This document shows, piece after piece, positions 12,200 through 26,267 of a stretch of 64,000 nt of DNA. Position 1 is the stretch's first letter. Each line of letters starts with the position of its first letter. This stretch comes from Lama guanicoe (taxonomy: Eukaryota): the NCBI GenBank assembly GCA_013239625.1, contig MU054098.1, positions 1 through 64,000 on the forward strand. The letters are read 5' to 3'. The notes below the pieces were generated by a model. The model saw only the letters and a list, made by a program, of their open reading frames with translations. It did not search any database and was not told the DNA's origin. A program made the translations under genes and the position numbers.

Positions 12200-13980
12200 T
12201 GATGTGTATCTTTTAAGTTAAAAATGTAAATACTTAAATCTGAGTATCAATACCTTGTAGTTTTACCGATATACCAGTTGACGGTACCAAGATATTTTTC
12301 ACAGAGGCTCAAAGGAAGTTTTATTTCCATTGCCTGTTTCAGAAGACCAAATCTCCAGGTGGCAGGTCATACAGAGGATGTTTAGGTGACTGTTTTGAAA
12401 ATGTACCCTGTATCTATTGGTCATAAAGTTGGGGATATTTTATAAGTGTTCCAGAATATTCAATCCCGTTAACTTGTAAAATAGAGTAGAATCTGGGATT
12501 GGAAGTGAAATTCCCAAATGCACAAGGCAGTCTTTTATTAACATACAAAGAGAAAACTTGTGGATCTTTGAGTGGTTTGTCATCATCAGGCCAATGGCAG
12601 CATTTGGGGCCTGGGAATTCTGGGGTTTTTGAGAGCATTCATAATTATAATTTTTGAATTCTGTTAATTTTTTTCTAAATTCGAATATGGTATGTACAGA
12701 GAAATTTCTAAGTATAATGTAATACTTGAAAGGATTTTGAAATGATGATCCCAGCAAAACGTGTGTCCCTATCACTAGACAGATACCTTGGGATTTCCCA
12801 TATCATTTTTAAAAATGTATTTATTTTTAGGTGGGGAGGGAGATAATTAGGTTTATTTATTTATTTTTAGAGGAGATACTGGGGATTGAACCCAGGACCT
12901 CGTGCATGCTAAGAATGCACTCTACCACTTGAGCTACACCCTCTCCCCAGGGAGTTCCCATATCAGGAGAGAGAAATCGTTTCACTCAGCTCTCCAGCAA
13001 GGAGAGGCCTCAACCCACCATAAGAATAGACAGCAATAATCAGAAAATACTCATCGCCCATTTGGAGATGTGTAAGTGGGACTCGGGGCTTTGGTTCCAG
13101 GCCATGTCCTACCTCCACAGCCTTTCAGGATGGCGGGAGTGCACGCAGAACACGCACTGCCAGCCACTCAGCAGTACCTCTGGCCATCTCCCTGCTATTG
13201 TTGGTTCAGTGTTGCGGCCAAACTATGTTTGCTATGGAGGTGATAACACAAGGCATTTTTGCTAAAATCTGTTTTTATCATGGTTATCTTCTCAGATAAT
13301 GGCAAAGCATCTCAAGGTCTTTTAAGTCACCATTTATTTTATAAGGGTTCCTGGAGAGGTCAGGAAATCTCCTTGTTTCTAAACCGTGTTGACATCATGG
13401 AACCAACCTAAAATCACATATTTACTCTCAGTATAAAGTATCCTGTTTTATATTTTGTCCGATGGTTAGCCTGGGCAAGGACAATTCATTTAGCTATCTG
13501 AACTGATTTAATTTCTATGAGAAGCTTGTATTTCAAGGAGACATTTAAGTCTGTAATAGCATATCCTGTTTAGCAATGTTTACTTTTACTTTTTCTTTTT
13601 GAACCATTAACAAATACAACTAAATCATGGTTATTTAAGAGAGTCTCTAGAAGGTTTGGCCAGGGCAGAGATAACCTCCTGGAAGAGATAAGCAACCATG
13701 GGGGGATTTTCTATTTCAGGTAAAGGGAGGAAGAGTGGCCAGGTTTGGAGCATTACAATAACATTTCTTAGGTGGCTAGGTGACTAGCTGAAAAGTGGTG
13801 AGTGCTTTGCTTCCATCAAAGAGTTTATACAGCATGAGAAGCATCATGTTTAGTGAAGACCTTAGAACTAAGCTTCCTGAAGTTTTTACATATTTTGCTG
13901 TTGCTGTTAAGGCTCACAAAGTGGTTATGTCTTGGTTACTGGATTTAAGCAATAGGACCCTCATGAGTCCTACATAACTA
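12200..13980 (-). pseudogene. Degraded ERV pol (RT connection, RNase H, integrase) of provirus A
   Basis: Broken motifs in the correct order: ALTATAK..HFSASHL (connection); LYTESKY..HDV..KQGDFLTSPGT (RNase H); CVFC (HHCC); WVEASPC; WEIPRYLSSDRDTRF (IN core); DLPPGDLVF..SVKLQGID (IN C-terminus). Confidence 0.85.
12806..12948 (-). mobile_element. tRNA-derived SINE (Vic-1-like) inserted in the integrase remnant
   Basis: GGGGAGAGGGTGTAGCTCAAGTGGTAGAG...GGTTCAATCCC head; 16-bp TSD GGGA(T/G)TTCCCATATCA at 12790-12805 / 12950-12965. Confidence 0.9.
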
Positions 13981-15529
13981 AGTCAGTACTCCAAATGCCT
14001 ATCCACAAATATTTTGAACAAAATACAAAAATAGTTTGTGAATCAAGAATCCTGGAAAAATGTTTGGCAGAGAGTTATTGCATCAGTCTTTATGCTTAAA
14101 TGTATGTTTCTTTTAAACTTGAAATGTATTCAATCATTGGAAGATATAACTACCATCTTTTATCTATGCATAACTAATGTAGGAAGTTAAACTCTGAGTT
14201 TGTCAAATTTATCATCATCATTATAAATACATTTGGCAGATAAAAGTTCTCATAACAGTTTTTACTTAATTAAAAGGTAGAAAATTTTATCACAACTGTT
14301 TGTCAGAGGAGACAAGGGGTAAGGAATACGTTATCTAAAGACAAGAAATATTTACAATCAACGTTGTAAAATCATACTAGATTATACCAAGGCTAAAGAT
14401 TTATTGGGGGAAAAAAGCAGCAGCAGTGCCTCATATCAGCCAGGAGTGGAGGATGTTTGTTTATTTCTGAGACTTGGACAACATTCATGTTTTGTCTGTG
14501 TTCAGACATGATTACGCAGTAGTCTTGTTTTTGTCTCACTGAATCACCACCGCAGAGGGGACTTGTTGGATGCTGGTGTTGTGTGAATTTCTCTATGCTC
14601 ACAGAACACGGCCAAGCTGTGAGGGCCACGCCAGCTCTCATATATTAGGGGCTATTTTTCTCATCAGTGACACTGGACCGTGAGTCTCAGCTCTCAAGCT
14701 TTTCAAGGAGTCCCTTCCATGAAATCTAATGAGTGTAGCAGTTTTGAAAGAGGATTTTTAATCCAGGGAATAACTATGGGTCAAATCTGGACCGCAAGGA
14801 GGAGTCTGCTGGATTAAGAAAACAAAAACAAAAAACACCTGTCTAGGCCCTTTTATCTCCAGTCAAACTTCAAAGAAAGGAATCAGTAGCGAAAGCATCA
14901 CTTCGCACTGGGGATTGTGCTGACCGCCACGCCACCCACGCCCTGATCCACACACGTTCTGTTCACTGCCGTCCGAATTTCCCTGATTTTGTACTCCTAC
15001 CTGATACAAACGTCCACTGTTACACTTTACTTTATGATAAGTGTTTGTGTCCCAGATACCCAAGTATAGAGCTCAAGGAAAAGAGCGTGTCTCACTTGAA
15101 TTTCAGGCTTCAGGCCTTGGACAAAAGCCTGAGACAAAGCAGGTACTCAATGTTATTTACTTGATTATTAATGGAAAGTATTTTAACAGAAGACTCAACA
15201 GAATATGTAATGTTGAAAACTTCTCCAGTCACAGGAAGTATGTTGAATAAAAAGTGATGAAAAAGAAAGACCTGAATTCTTCACTGAGGAGCATTTCACA
15301 AAGTGGACAAGATCTGATAAATTCCTTGTGAGTGACTGCAAGTTTGTATACCTGGTGTTTAATGGTTTATTTTAAAATCTTTCACCAATGCTATTTGTTT
15401 CCCAGTAAGTGGCTGTCATCTCCATCTCGCTGATCCTTTAAATATACCTTCCCATACAGTGTTCCTGGGAAGATATATAAAGGAGAGAAGACCACTTCCC
15501 ATTAAATTAGCAATGATTTGTTTTTGTCT

Positions 15530-16380
15530 TCTAAAACCATTATTTTATTGTGGTAAGAACATTTAACATGAGATCTACCGTCTTAACAAATTTTTGCAGA
15601 TGATATGAATGTCTATGTAGAAAATCCCGAGGAACTTACCCAAAACTCCAAATAAAATATTTAGGTATAAATTGAAAATGTGTAGACTCTGTACACTGAA
15701 AAATTTTAAATCCTGATTAAAGAAATCAAAGAAGACCTAAATAAATGAAGAGATAGACCATACTCATGGATTGGAAGAATTGACATAGTAAAGATGTCAA
15801 TTCTCCCTCAGATTGATCTGTAGATTTCATACAATTCCTATCAAAATACCAGCAAAAAGTTTTTTCAGACATAGAATAACTTATTCTAAAATGTGTATGG
15901 AAAAACAAAGGACCTAGGATATCTAAAGCAATTTTGAAAAAGAAAAATACACACACACACAAACGAGCACATGTAAAACTGGTGAAACACGACTAAGCTC
16001 TATAGATTGTACCATTGTAAATTTCCTGGGGGTTTTTTCCCTTACATTTTTCACTGTTAAACTCTTTTCTAGTCCCTTTTCTTTTTTCACTTGAGGTAAA
16101 GCTGACATATAACATTGTATTTGTTTCAGGTGTACAGCATGATTCATTACTTGTATACACTGCCAAATAATCACCACAAAAAGTTGAGTTAACATCCATC
16201 ACCACACGTAGTTACACATTTTTTTTCTTGTGATGAGAACTTTTAAGATCTACTCTTAGCAACCTTCAAATATACAATACAGTAGTTAACTATAGTCACC
16301 ATGCTACACATCACATCCCCAGGACTTATTTATAACTGGAAGTTTGTACCTTTTGCCCTGCCCCCTTCACCCATTTCACC
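15530..16380. mobile_element. Cluster of L1 fragments (ORF2-like + strand piece ~15595-15950; minus-strand 3'UTR pieces)
   Basis: TTTGCAGATGATATG, GAAGACCTAAATAAATG, L1MA-type 3'UTR motifs. Confidence 0.7.
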
Positions 16381-16404
16381 CACCTGGGTTTTTATATTGT
16401 ACTT

Positions 16405-17029
16405 CAGGTATACCTTGTTTCACACCTCAAAGTGCAGTATTGCACTTCGCAGGTACTGTGATTTTTACACATTGAAAGTTTGTGGCAACCCTGCATCGAG
16501 CAAGCTTATCATCGATTTTCCAACAGCAATTGCTCACTAAATGTTTCTGTGTCTCATTTTGGTAATTCTAGCAATCTTTCAAACTTTTTCATTATTGTTG
16601 TATTTGTTATGGTGATCTGTGACCAGTGATCTCTGATGTTATTACAACTTGCTGAAGGCTCACATAGCATTTTTTAGCAATAATATATCTTATTTTTTAA
16701 TTAATAAAATTTTTTGTTTTCTTGGGGGGGTGGGGTAATTAGGTTTATTTATTTTTAGAGGAGGTACTGAGGACTGAACACAGGACCTCGTGCATGCTAG
16801 GCATGCACTCCACCACTTGAGCTATATTCTCCCCAATAATGTATGTTTAAATTTAGGTATGCACATTTTTAAAGACATAATGCTGTTGCACACTTAAAAG
16901 ACTACAGTATCGTGTAAACATAACTTTTATATGCACTAGGAAACTAAAAAGTTCATGTGACTCACTATTTCAAGATTCGTTTTATTGCTGTGGTCTGGAA
17001 CAGAATCCACGATCTCTGAGGTATGGCTT
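16405..17029 (+). mobile_element. Internally deleted Tigger1-like DNA transposon
   Basis: Termini CAGGTATACCTTGTTT... and ...ATCTCTGAGGTATGGCT. Confidence 0.75.
16693..16834 (-). mobile_element. Vic-1-like SINE nested in Tigger1
   Basis: tRNA-like head with A/B boxes; degenerate AATAAT TSD. Confidence 0.85.
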
Positions 17030-17144
17030 CATAGCTACATAGGGTGTTGTGACTGGGTGAAACTGGATGGAGGGGGCATGGGACCACTTGTTCACTTTTT
17101 GACACTTCCTGTCAGCTTACAACCATTTCAAAATAAAAATGTAA

Positions 17145-17280
17145 GGGGGATTGGGTACAGCTTGGTAGTAGAGTGCATGGTTAGTATGCATGATGTCCTG
17201 GGCTCAATTCCCAGTACTGCCATTAAAATAAACAGATAAATAAACATAATTACCCCCCCAAAACCCAAAAACCAAACAAG
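17145..17280 (+). mobile_element. Vic-1-like SINE
   Basis: tRNA-like head; A-rich tail; TSD AAAATGTAA. Confidence 0.85.
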
Positions 17281-18402
17281 AAAATGTAAAATGATTCACA
17301 TTTTCCCCCAAAAGTCATGTCACCTTTCCAATGGTACCCACTTAAAATAAACCCTACAAACTCATACCACGAACTCATTTATACCAGGTTTGTAAATATT
17401 ATTTTTCCTAAATTGCAAAGAATGTTTTTTCCTTCTTTTCACAATCAGACAAATCCAGATGTGGGTCATTCTACAACACTAGCCTGAACTCTTAACAAAT
17501 GTCAGTGGCACAAAAGATGAAAAAAAAAGCAGATTATTTCAGTATCTTAAATCTTAAAGGACAGAACAGGGACCTGATAGTGAAAGGCAATGTGTAAATT
17601 TTTATTGTATCTTGGATTAAAGAGAAAAATTTTAAAGATACTTTGGGAATAATTTGGAAAATTTGAATTTAGACTGTGCATTAGAGATGATATCTATGTT
17701 ACATTTTGGAGATATGACAATGTTATCATAGTTATGTGGGAGAATGTCCTTATTCTCAGGAGGCTGATGCTGCGATGTTGACAACTTACCTTCAGATGCT
17801 TCGGCAAAAAAACAGAGAATAAAACAAATATGTCAAAATGTTAACAATTGGGAAATGTAGGTAAAGAATATATAGGCATTCACTGTGATACTCTTTTAAA
17901 TTTTCTATAGGGTAAAATTTTTCTGTTATTTGCCTGACAACAGTAACAGTGTATTTTAACTCTCCTGACATTATAGAAATATGTAACATAAAAAGTAAAA
18001 AACTTGTTATTCCACTCCACATCTCAAAGTGTAACTACACAAATATGTAGTTTCCTCAAGACTTTTATCTATGCATATACTACCATTTTTTTTTAAATGG
18101 GATAATACAGGACCTCTTTCCTTGTACAGACAGACCACACTATTTCCCCAGTCCTTTATTACAACACAAGACGTACCATGGCACACTGCTCTACTTGCTG
18201 GCTGCAGAGTTCAAGGATATGCCACTTTTTAGTTTGACTGCAATTACCAAATTGCCTTCAACAAATTATAAACTGATGACTCTTCCATCTGCGGTATCAG
18301 AGAGTGTGCCTGTATACTCATACCGTCATCAACATCAGGTAATTTATCAATCACTTCTTTTTTTTTAATCAATGAAAGGCAGTTCATACAAAAGGCGGTT
18401 CT

Positions 18403-18870
18403 CTTAAATGTGTATTATTAAGCGAAAGAAGCCAATCTGAAAAGGCTACATACTGTATGATTCTAACTTCCTAACATTCTAGGAAAAGGCAAAACTCTGG
18501 AGACAGTAAAGAGATCAGTGGTTTCCAGGGGTTAGGGAAGAGGGAGGGATGACTAGAAGAGCACAGAAGAGTCTTAGGGCAGTGACAGTACTCTGTCTGA
18601 TACTATACTGGGTGGATACATGTCATTATACATTTGTCAAAACCCACAGAACGTACAACACCCAGAGTGAGCCCTAAGGTAAAGCATGGACTTTGAGCGT
18701 TAAGCATGTGTCCAGGCAGCTTCATCAATTGTAACCAATGTACCCTTTTGTTGGGGGATGTTGTTAGTGAGGGAGGTGATGCAAGTGTCGGGGCAGGGGG
18801 TGTACCTTTGTACCTTTCAATTTTGCTGTGAACTTAAAACTGCTGTAAAAATAAAGCCTACTTAAAAAAA
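18403..18870 (+). mobile_element. L1 3' end fragment (L1MB/MC-type)
   Basis: GAAAGAAGCCAATCTGAAAAGGCTACATACTGTATGATTC; AATAAA + A tail; TSD AAAAGGC(G/A)GTTCT at 18390-18402 / 18867-18879. Confidence 0.8.
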
Positions 18871-19447
18871 GGCAGTTCTTGGTTGGTTTTAACTACATAA
18901 CCTTCATTACTTTTGAGAATTAGCATTCCACCTTTATGTTCATTGGTTAATGATAGTTTTTGAAATGGATATTCATCTCCTTTGCCCATTTTTAAAAAGC
19001 AACTTTTTCTTTTATAGATTTGTTAGGCCGTTTAATATATTAGTGATTTTAGCCCATTATTTGGAGGAAGGAAGAAATGGCGTACTCAGGCTCACCACTT
19101 TATATGAACATGTATCTATTCAAAGGTGCATTCCTACAGACTGTGGGCCTTGTACAGGGAACCACCCAAGAGACCAGCTCCTTTCTTGAAAAAAGGGCAA
19201 GATGGAATAAACCTTTTATCTTGTTTCAAAGGCATTTCAAGGCATTACAGACATAATTACAGAGAAGAATCTTTGTACTTAGAGGGAGAGGAATGTAGGT
19301 AAGCATAGAAAATACAAGGCTGAAGACAGGAATAAGATGGGATTGTCTTTATCTCATCAGTAATGAGTATATGTTTGCAAAAGACTTATCTTTTACTTAT
19401 TCATTAAAGCTGTCTTTATATTAAGAAAATTAATCTCAACATATGGA

Positions 19448-19784
19448 CACTGTAGACCAAATATTTGGGTCCCCCCCAAATTCTTATGTTGAAACCTAAT
19501 CTCCCAGTGTGATGGTACTAGGAGGTGGGGCCTGAGGTCATGAGGGTGGAGCCCTCATGAATGGGATTAGTTGCCCTTATTAAAGAGACCCTTGCCCCTG
19601 CCACCACGTGAGGTTAAGGTAAATGACCACCACCTATGAACCAGGAAGTGGGCCCTCACCAGACCCTGCCAGAGCCTTGATCTTGGACTTCCTAGACTTC
19701 ACAACTGTGAGAAATAAAGTTCTGTTGTTTACAAGCCACCCACTCTATGATGTTTTGTTATAGCAGCACGAATGGACTAAGACA
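19448..19784 (+). mobile_element. MaLR solo LTR (MLT1A-like)
   Basis: CCTTGATCTTGGACTTCC, GTGAGAAATAAA, GACTAAGACA end. Confidence 0.85.
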
Positions 19785-20039
19785 ATGAGACTAAACTTTT
19801 TTCTTGGTTGTCTATATTTTGACTTTATTATATTTATATATATATATATCTTTTATAAAAGCAGAACTGTCAAATTTATCATTCTATTTTATATCTCTGG
19901 GGTTTGTATCATACTAAGAAAGATCTTTCTTACTTTTAGATTGTAAGTACAAAATATTTTATAATATCACCATGCAGTACCTCAAAGGACTGCATTCATA
20001 TTTCTCAGTCACACAAAACCTTGAAATGGTACCATAAAC

Positions 20040-20240
20040 AACAGAATGTCAACTAGGGATGATTTTGGTGCTCCATGGAACATTTGGCCATGTCTGGAGA
20101 CATATTTGGTCTACACCCCAGGGAGGGGATGTTACTGAAATCTACTGGGTACAGACCAAGGATACCACTAACCCCCTGCAGTGCAAAGGACGGCTCCCTC
20201 CCCACCTTCAATAAAGAATTATCCAGCCCCAAATGTCCAT
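20040..20240 (+). mobile_element. MER20-like hAT MITE
   Basis: ACATTTGGCCATGTCTGGAGACAT...AAAGAATTATCCAGCCCCAAATGTC. Confidence 0.7.
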
Positions 20241-20554
20241 AAACCATCTCTCTTGCCTGGTTGTTCAGACCCCCACTGTTTCGATTTTCTGTATATCATA
20301 GAACACTGAAAAGACTGAGTGAGATGGAAAAGGAAGAAAAAGGGAGAAATTGGATAAGGAAATTTTGGTAGGGTGGAGAAAACCATCTTACCCCATTGAT
20401 AGTATCCTTAACTCAGTCCCTGCAATTCAGCTCCAAAAGTAAAATTTAACAAACATCATTTTATATAGTACACCGGAAAGAGAGTTAGAATATTGGAGGA
20501 AAAGAACCTGGCAAACATTACCGGCACACTACTAAGAGACAGAAGCATGAAGAG

Positions 20555-21660
20555 ACTAATTATTATGTAAATGCCTTTATTTGAACTAATACACTGCTAC
20601 CAGATTACATCATTTTTCAGAGTTAGAGTAACATTATGGTCTTGAAAACTATAGCAAACAGCTTGACAAAGCAAGAGTACATTAAGTCCTAATATATATG
20701 TTTATTTTTTAGTGACAACATCTCCTTGTCTTAGGTGTAAAATTAGAAAATTTACTGTACACTTAGCATACTTGGCCTACCGTATCCTGTCTAAGTTCTG
20801 CGCACACTCTCTCCTCAAAGATGTCATACTCAACAGCATTTGAAATCTAAAGAGAGAGTTGGATGATACAGGTTTTAAAATGAATAAGCATATATTGAAC
20901 CAAGTGTTTTTAAGACAAAATATGTCAACTGTTTACAGCTTGGGTATGAGAGGGAAGATGGAAATTCAAGGTACATTTTCCTCTACCTATAATGTATGTT
21001 TTTTACTTACTTGAAGACCCCTTAAAAAAAGTAGCAAAATCAGCAGTCTTGTTTAATGTAATCAAAATATTCTTAAATGTACAAAAAAGGATCATGTAGA
21101 AAGAATACTGTAAAAAGATACTGATTTTAAGAATAAAAGAATATGAAAAGCTTCTATTACATTCTGCACAGCCCGTTACTTCTGTAAATTTCCAGTACAA
21201 TAAAGATAAGCAAAGGACAACTCATATCCAAATACCCTCTGACCACAGTTCTCGAATAAGAACTAGCATACTGGATGGAAAGCAAAATTATTGTCTAATA
21301 ATATTCATATCCAATCATCTAAGCAAGTCTTAAGAGGTGGGCATTCTAAGAAGGAAGAAGATACTTAGAAATATGGACAGCAATGAGAAACATCAGGGCA
21401 GCGACCTAGGAGGAGCGTGTAAATGATTCGGCTATGAGCACGTTTCAGGTATGCCTGACAAGTCCACCTTGACTACAGGAAAGAGGAGTAGTTTTTACTA
21501 AAACTCTTTCCCCTGAGGGCTCTCATGATGCGCTTAGTCTTGTTACAACTAAAAGTCCTTTAAATAACCAACAGCTCCTTAAGCCATGAGCACTTCACCT
21601 GGAAATTGCCGATCTGCTAATCATGCACCTGGGAGCAAGGCTGTATTCCAATTGGCTATT
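20555..21660 (-). other. PLS3: PLS3 3'UTR (~1.1 kb; 3' end approximate)
   Basis: AT-rich sequence without recognised repeats between the stop codon and the AATAAA signal. Confidence 0.75.
20576..20581 (-). terminator. Polyadenylation signal AATAAA (probable main PLS3 site)
   Basis: tttatt on +; followed on the minus strand by U/GU-rich sequence (TCTCTTCATGCTTCTGTCTCTT); a second AATAAA lies at 20701-20706. Confidence 0.75.
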
Positions 21661-21858
<198 letters not shown>

Positions 21859-23188
21859 CTATTTCCTCTTAAATCATCATCTGGCTGAGACGCAAAACTG
21901 CCACGGCCAAAGTTCAAATCAGAATGATTTTATCTTTTGCTATTTTGTTTTCTTTTTTGTTTGTGACATCACTCCTAAGTGACATCAGATTTTTAAGCTC
22001 TACTATTTGGCGTTGCTATTATTTATTCGCTCCTTCTCTTCAATATGAAATGAGTTAATTTTGGAGCACTGATTTGATATGAAAAAAAAATTTTTTTATA
22101 GATATATCTAATGACCCAGACTGTTGATATTTCATTGAGCAACTACAGACACTCTCATGTGATCCCAGAGATATGGGGTGGAAAATTATGGCAGATGCAA
22201 AATGCAAGTTGCTTTGGTAGATGCAGTAAATACTTCCAAATATTCAAGGGCAGGGAGAGAGTTTACATGGCACATGGACAGAGTGGCTGAAACAAGGAAT
22301 GGCAAGGGTAGCCAAAGGAAGGGAGAAAAGAACTGATGTGCCCAGCTGGGGAAATCTGCGGGAGCACCCCTCAATGAATACACGAGGCATTGCTAGGTGT
22401 TCTGTAATGGGAGTCTTTAAAGATGATCAAGTTTCTGGAAAAAGAAGTTTCAAGAGCTCTCTATATATTATGGACATTAAATCTTTATCATATACACTAA
22501 ATATTTTTCAAGAAATGATGTGCCTAACTCCAAAGATTTGCAGTAATGTGTCTTAGCTATCCTGTGAAGCCCTGCTGTGGGCTGATTTTCAGTGTATACT
22601 AGTAAAGCTTTCACGGGTTGCCTGTGAAACCAGATCACAGTCTAGATTTTTGGAGAAGAAGGAAAGAGAAAGGTGGAAAAAGACCATCTCAATTACTGCT
22701 GAAATGTAGTAAACTTTCAAGACACAGTTTCAGCTGAGGCTTAAGCATCCTGCCCATTTAGGGACCAAGATAATCAACTCAGCATACATAGGAAGAGTGA
22801 TCTACACACAGTGAGCGAGACATCGGTGGAAAGGCGTTTAAAAAAAAAAGTGTGACAGAAGAATACTCTTATCTAAGGCATGAATATTCCTAGCTCATTT
22901 TTCCCTTGAAAGCTTGTAGCTAAGTTGCACTAAAACACACAGTACGTTATTTCTGTAATCTGCTAAAGCAACAAGTGATTGAGCACCTACCTACATGCTC
23001 TTATATATTTTATTCATTTCAAAATCTCCAAGGTATTATTGCTCTCATTTTACTGATGAGGAATCTGAGGCTAGAAGAGGTTTCCCCTGGGGTAACACCA
23101 TTCTTAAGTGGCAGAATGTGAAGGAGAACACACATCTGTCTGGCTGCAAAGCCTGGGCTCTTGCCAGGACATTCTGCAGCGCCCCTTA

Positions 23189-23314
<126 letters not shown>

Positions 23315-23480
23315 CTAGTGTAAAAGGACAATACCGCCGAGACTGTCAATGTGTACAAATTATCATGTGATTACTTAGATAAAGCCAAAAACAAAGTCCA
23401 GTGAATTAGAAAAGCATCGTGCCATTAGCCCAACAAGGAGTCTCACCCACAAAGAAACCAAAGGCTGTCTTTCCCAATTA

Positions 23481-23690
<210 letters not shown>

Positions 23691-24259
23691 CTACCTTATG
23701 AGAAACGATGCAAACCACAGAAAGAGGCTCATATTATATGGAAAAAAAAAAACCCCGAACATTTCAAGTAGTAGGGACTCGCCATTGAGCTGCCTTTTCT
23801 ACTAGTTGGGAGATTTTCAGTGCTTTAATGAGTAAGCCCGACAGTCTACTGTAGGCACGCTTTGTACTAGTCCAGCCATGGTAAGGACTTAAAATAAACT
23901 GTGCTTTGGCTGGTACCCAGTTATAATGAATGCTTTTCAGCATTCTAGTGAAGAGATCCTCTTTCTCAAATGGATACATGGGATATTCATAAATTTTTGC
24001 TATTTTTTCACTCACTGATGCTAAATGAGGTTCAAATCTACGTGTCAGGTTTCCTATGAAAAAAAGGGGGAATTTTCACAGTTCTGCTGCCTAACTTTCA
24101 AGAAGGCACCTCCCATTGAACATCCAACATATATTCATTACTTAAGCTCACTTCAGACTCTAAACTCAAAAATTTCAAAGGTGTGGTCATTGATATGTTT
24201 GCTTAAAAATAATAAGGATGAGATCACAGACCTGTATTAGAGTGAAGTGTAAACAGCTA

Positions 24260-24439
<180 letters not shown>

Positions 24440-24602
24440 TCATTTGTTTAATCTGTACACGTGTGTGGGCACATGCACGTGACCTACAGGCTTAGTGTAC
24501 AAAGCTAGTTCCTGTCCTCAAGAAGCTCAGAGTCAAAGAGTTTTCCAAATAAAAGAAAACAGACTGAGAATAAAAACAGTCTACAACAAATGCAGCAACT
24601 TA

Positions 24603-24734
<132 letters not shown>

Positions 24735-24889
24735 TTAAAAATAATTTTATCAGTGTTTTCAGACAGCTGGGCCTATGTTTCCTTAAAGACAGCAACACTA
24801 CATTGTCAAACACAGTGTAGAAAACCATAGATAATACCCAAGACTGACAATTTTTATCAATCTGTGCTAAAAACAGAGCTAAGACCATC

Positions 24890-25200
24890 CAATTCACTTA
24901 AACAAATAATTGAGAGCTTACTGTCTGCAAGGTACTGTCCTAGAAGCTGGGCACATATGACAAAAATCTCTGGTCTTACATTAGAGTCAGAGAGAGAGAC
25001 AATACACAAAGATATGGATAGATGGATAATATGATTTGCAGAAGGAAAAAAAAGACCTGGGTTAGGGGTTAAGGAGTAGTAGGTGGTGGTCGGGATCTGA
25101 ATCAGTGGCTCGAATACAGCAAGGGAATAAGGCATTAGATGTGGAAAAGAACATCCTGGGTTGAGAGAACAGCGAGCAGAAAGGCCCCGAGGCATCAAGA
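24890..25200. mobile_element. L2 fragment
   Basis: CATCCAATTCACTTAAACAAATAATTGAGAGCTTACTG, an L2 3'-end-like motif. Confidence 0.55.
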
Positions 25201-25492
25201 ATGGTCAACTTAAGGTGTTCCCTGGTCTCTGTTTCAAAATATCAAGTATCTGTTCCCTAGGGTGTCAAAAAGACATTTAGACATACTTTTACTTAATGAT
25301 AATGATCATGTAAAGGCATAATCTGGGCTTTTGTGTATTTGGAAAATGAATAATGGAAGTCAGTGCTCAACATCTCTCAACATAAATAACTGCTACAAAC
25401 TAACATTTAGAAAATGTTAAGAGCTGTAATCATTTATGCAGCTCCCACTCATAACTGTTCATAACTGTTTACAATAGCAGGAGGAAGGCTTA

Positions 25493-25585
<93 letters not shown>

Positions 25586-26119
25586 TCACAAAATTTACAT
25601 ATTCATTAAACACCTTATATATGTGCATATAGTGTCAACCCACATTTAAGACTATTTTATTTCCTCTGTACAGATCTACAGATCTTCTCTGATATGAATC
25701 TCCAAGCATTCTGTCTAGATACATGCTTGTTGTTTTAACTGGTTGAATTTATTTTAAAATTAAAGAATATAGCCTTATTATAACCAGTTAAGCAATTTAG
25801 AGGTTTATGAACATTTATAATCTCCTCCTCCTTCTAATCCTTTTCCAGTATCTCCTCAAATCCCCAAACCTCAAAAGTAATTGATGTTATCAGTTTAGTT
25901 TATATTTTAAAATTCTGCTATGGTCATATAAACACCTATGCTCATGTTAATTTACACCTTCCCTCTACCCAGTTAAAAATACTAAGCTACATATGAGTAC
26001 TCCTTTCACCTGCCTACAGTACAACAAAATATTTGAAACTTCCGAAGCATAAAATTTAATGATTTTATAGTAATGCTAGCAGATATGCAATGAACTATTT
26101 ATATTTGTCAAATTTTTAA

Positions 26120-26267
26120 TAATTGTTTTATTTATTTATTTATTTAATTTGGGGGAGATAATTAGGTTTATCTATTTATTTAGTGACAAATAGAGGTACT
26201 GGAGATTGAATCCAGGACCTTGTGCATCCTAGGCATGCGGTCTACCACTGAGCTATACCTTTCCCCC
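26120..26267 (-). mobile_element. Vic-1-like SINE (PLS3 intron 10)
   Basis: GGGGGAAAGGTATAGCTCAGTGGTAGA head; (TTTA)n tail; degenerate TSD. Confidence 0.85.

Noticed and set aside
1..20500. DXZ4 macrosatellite units
   Set aside because: No multi-kb GC-rich tandem repeat is visible; if present, it lies outside the window
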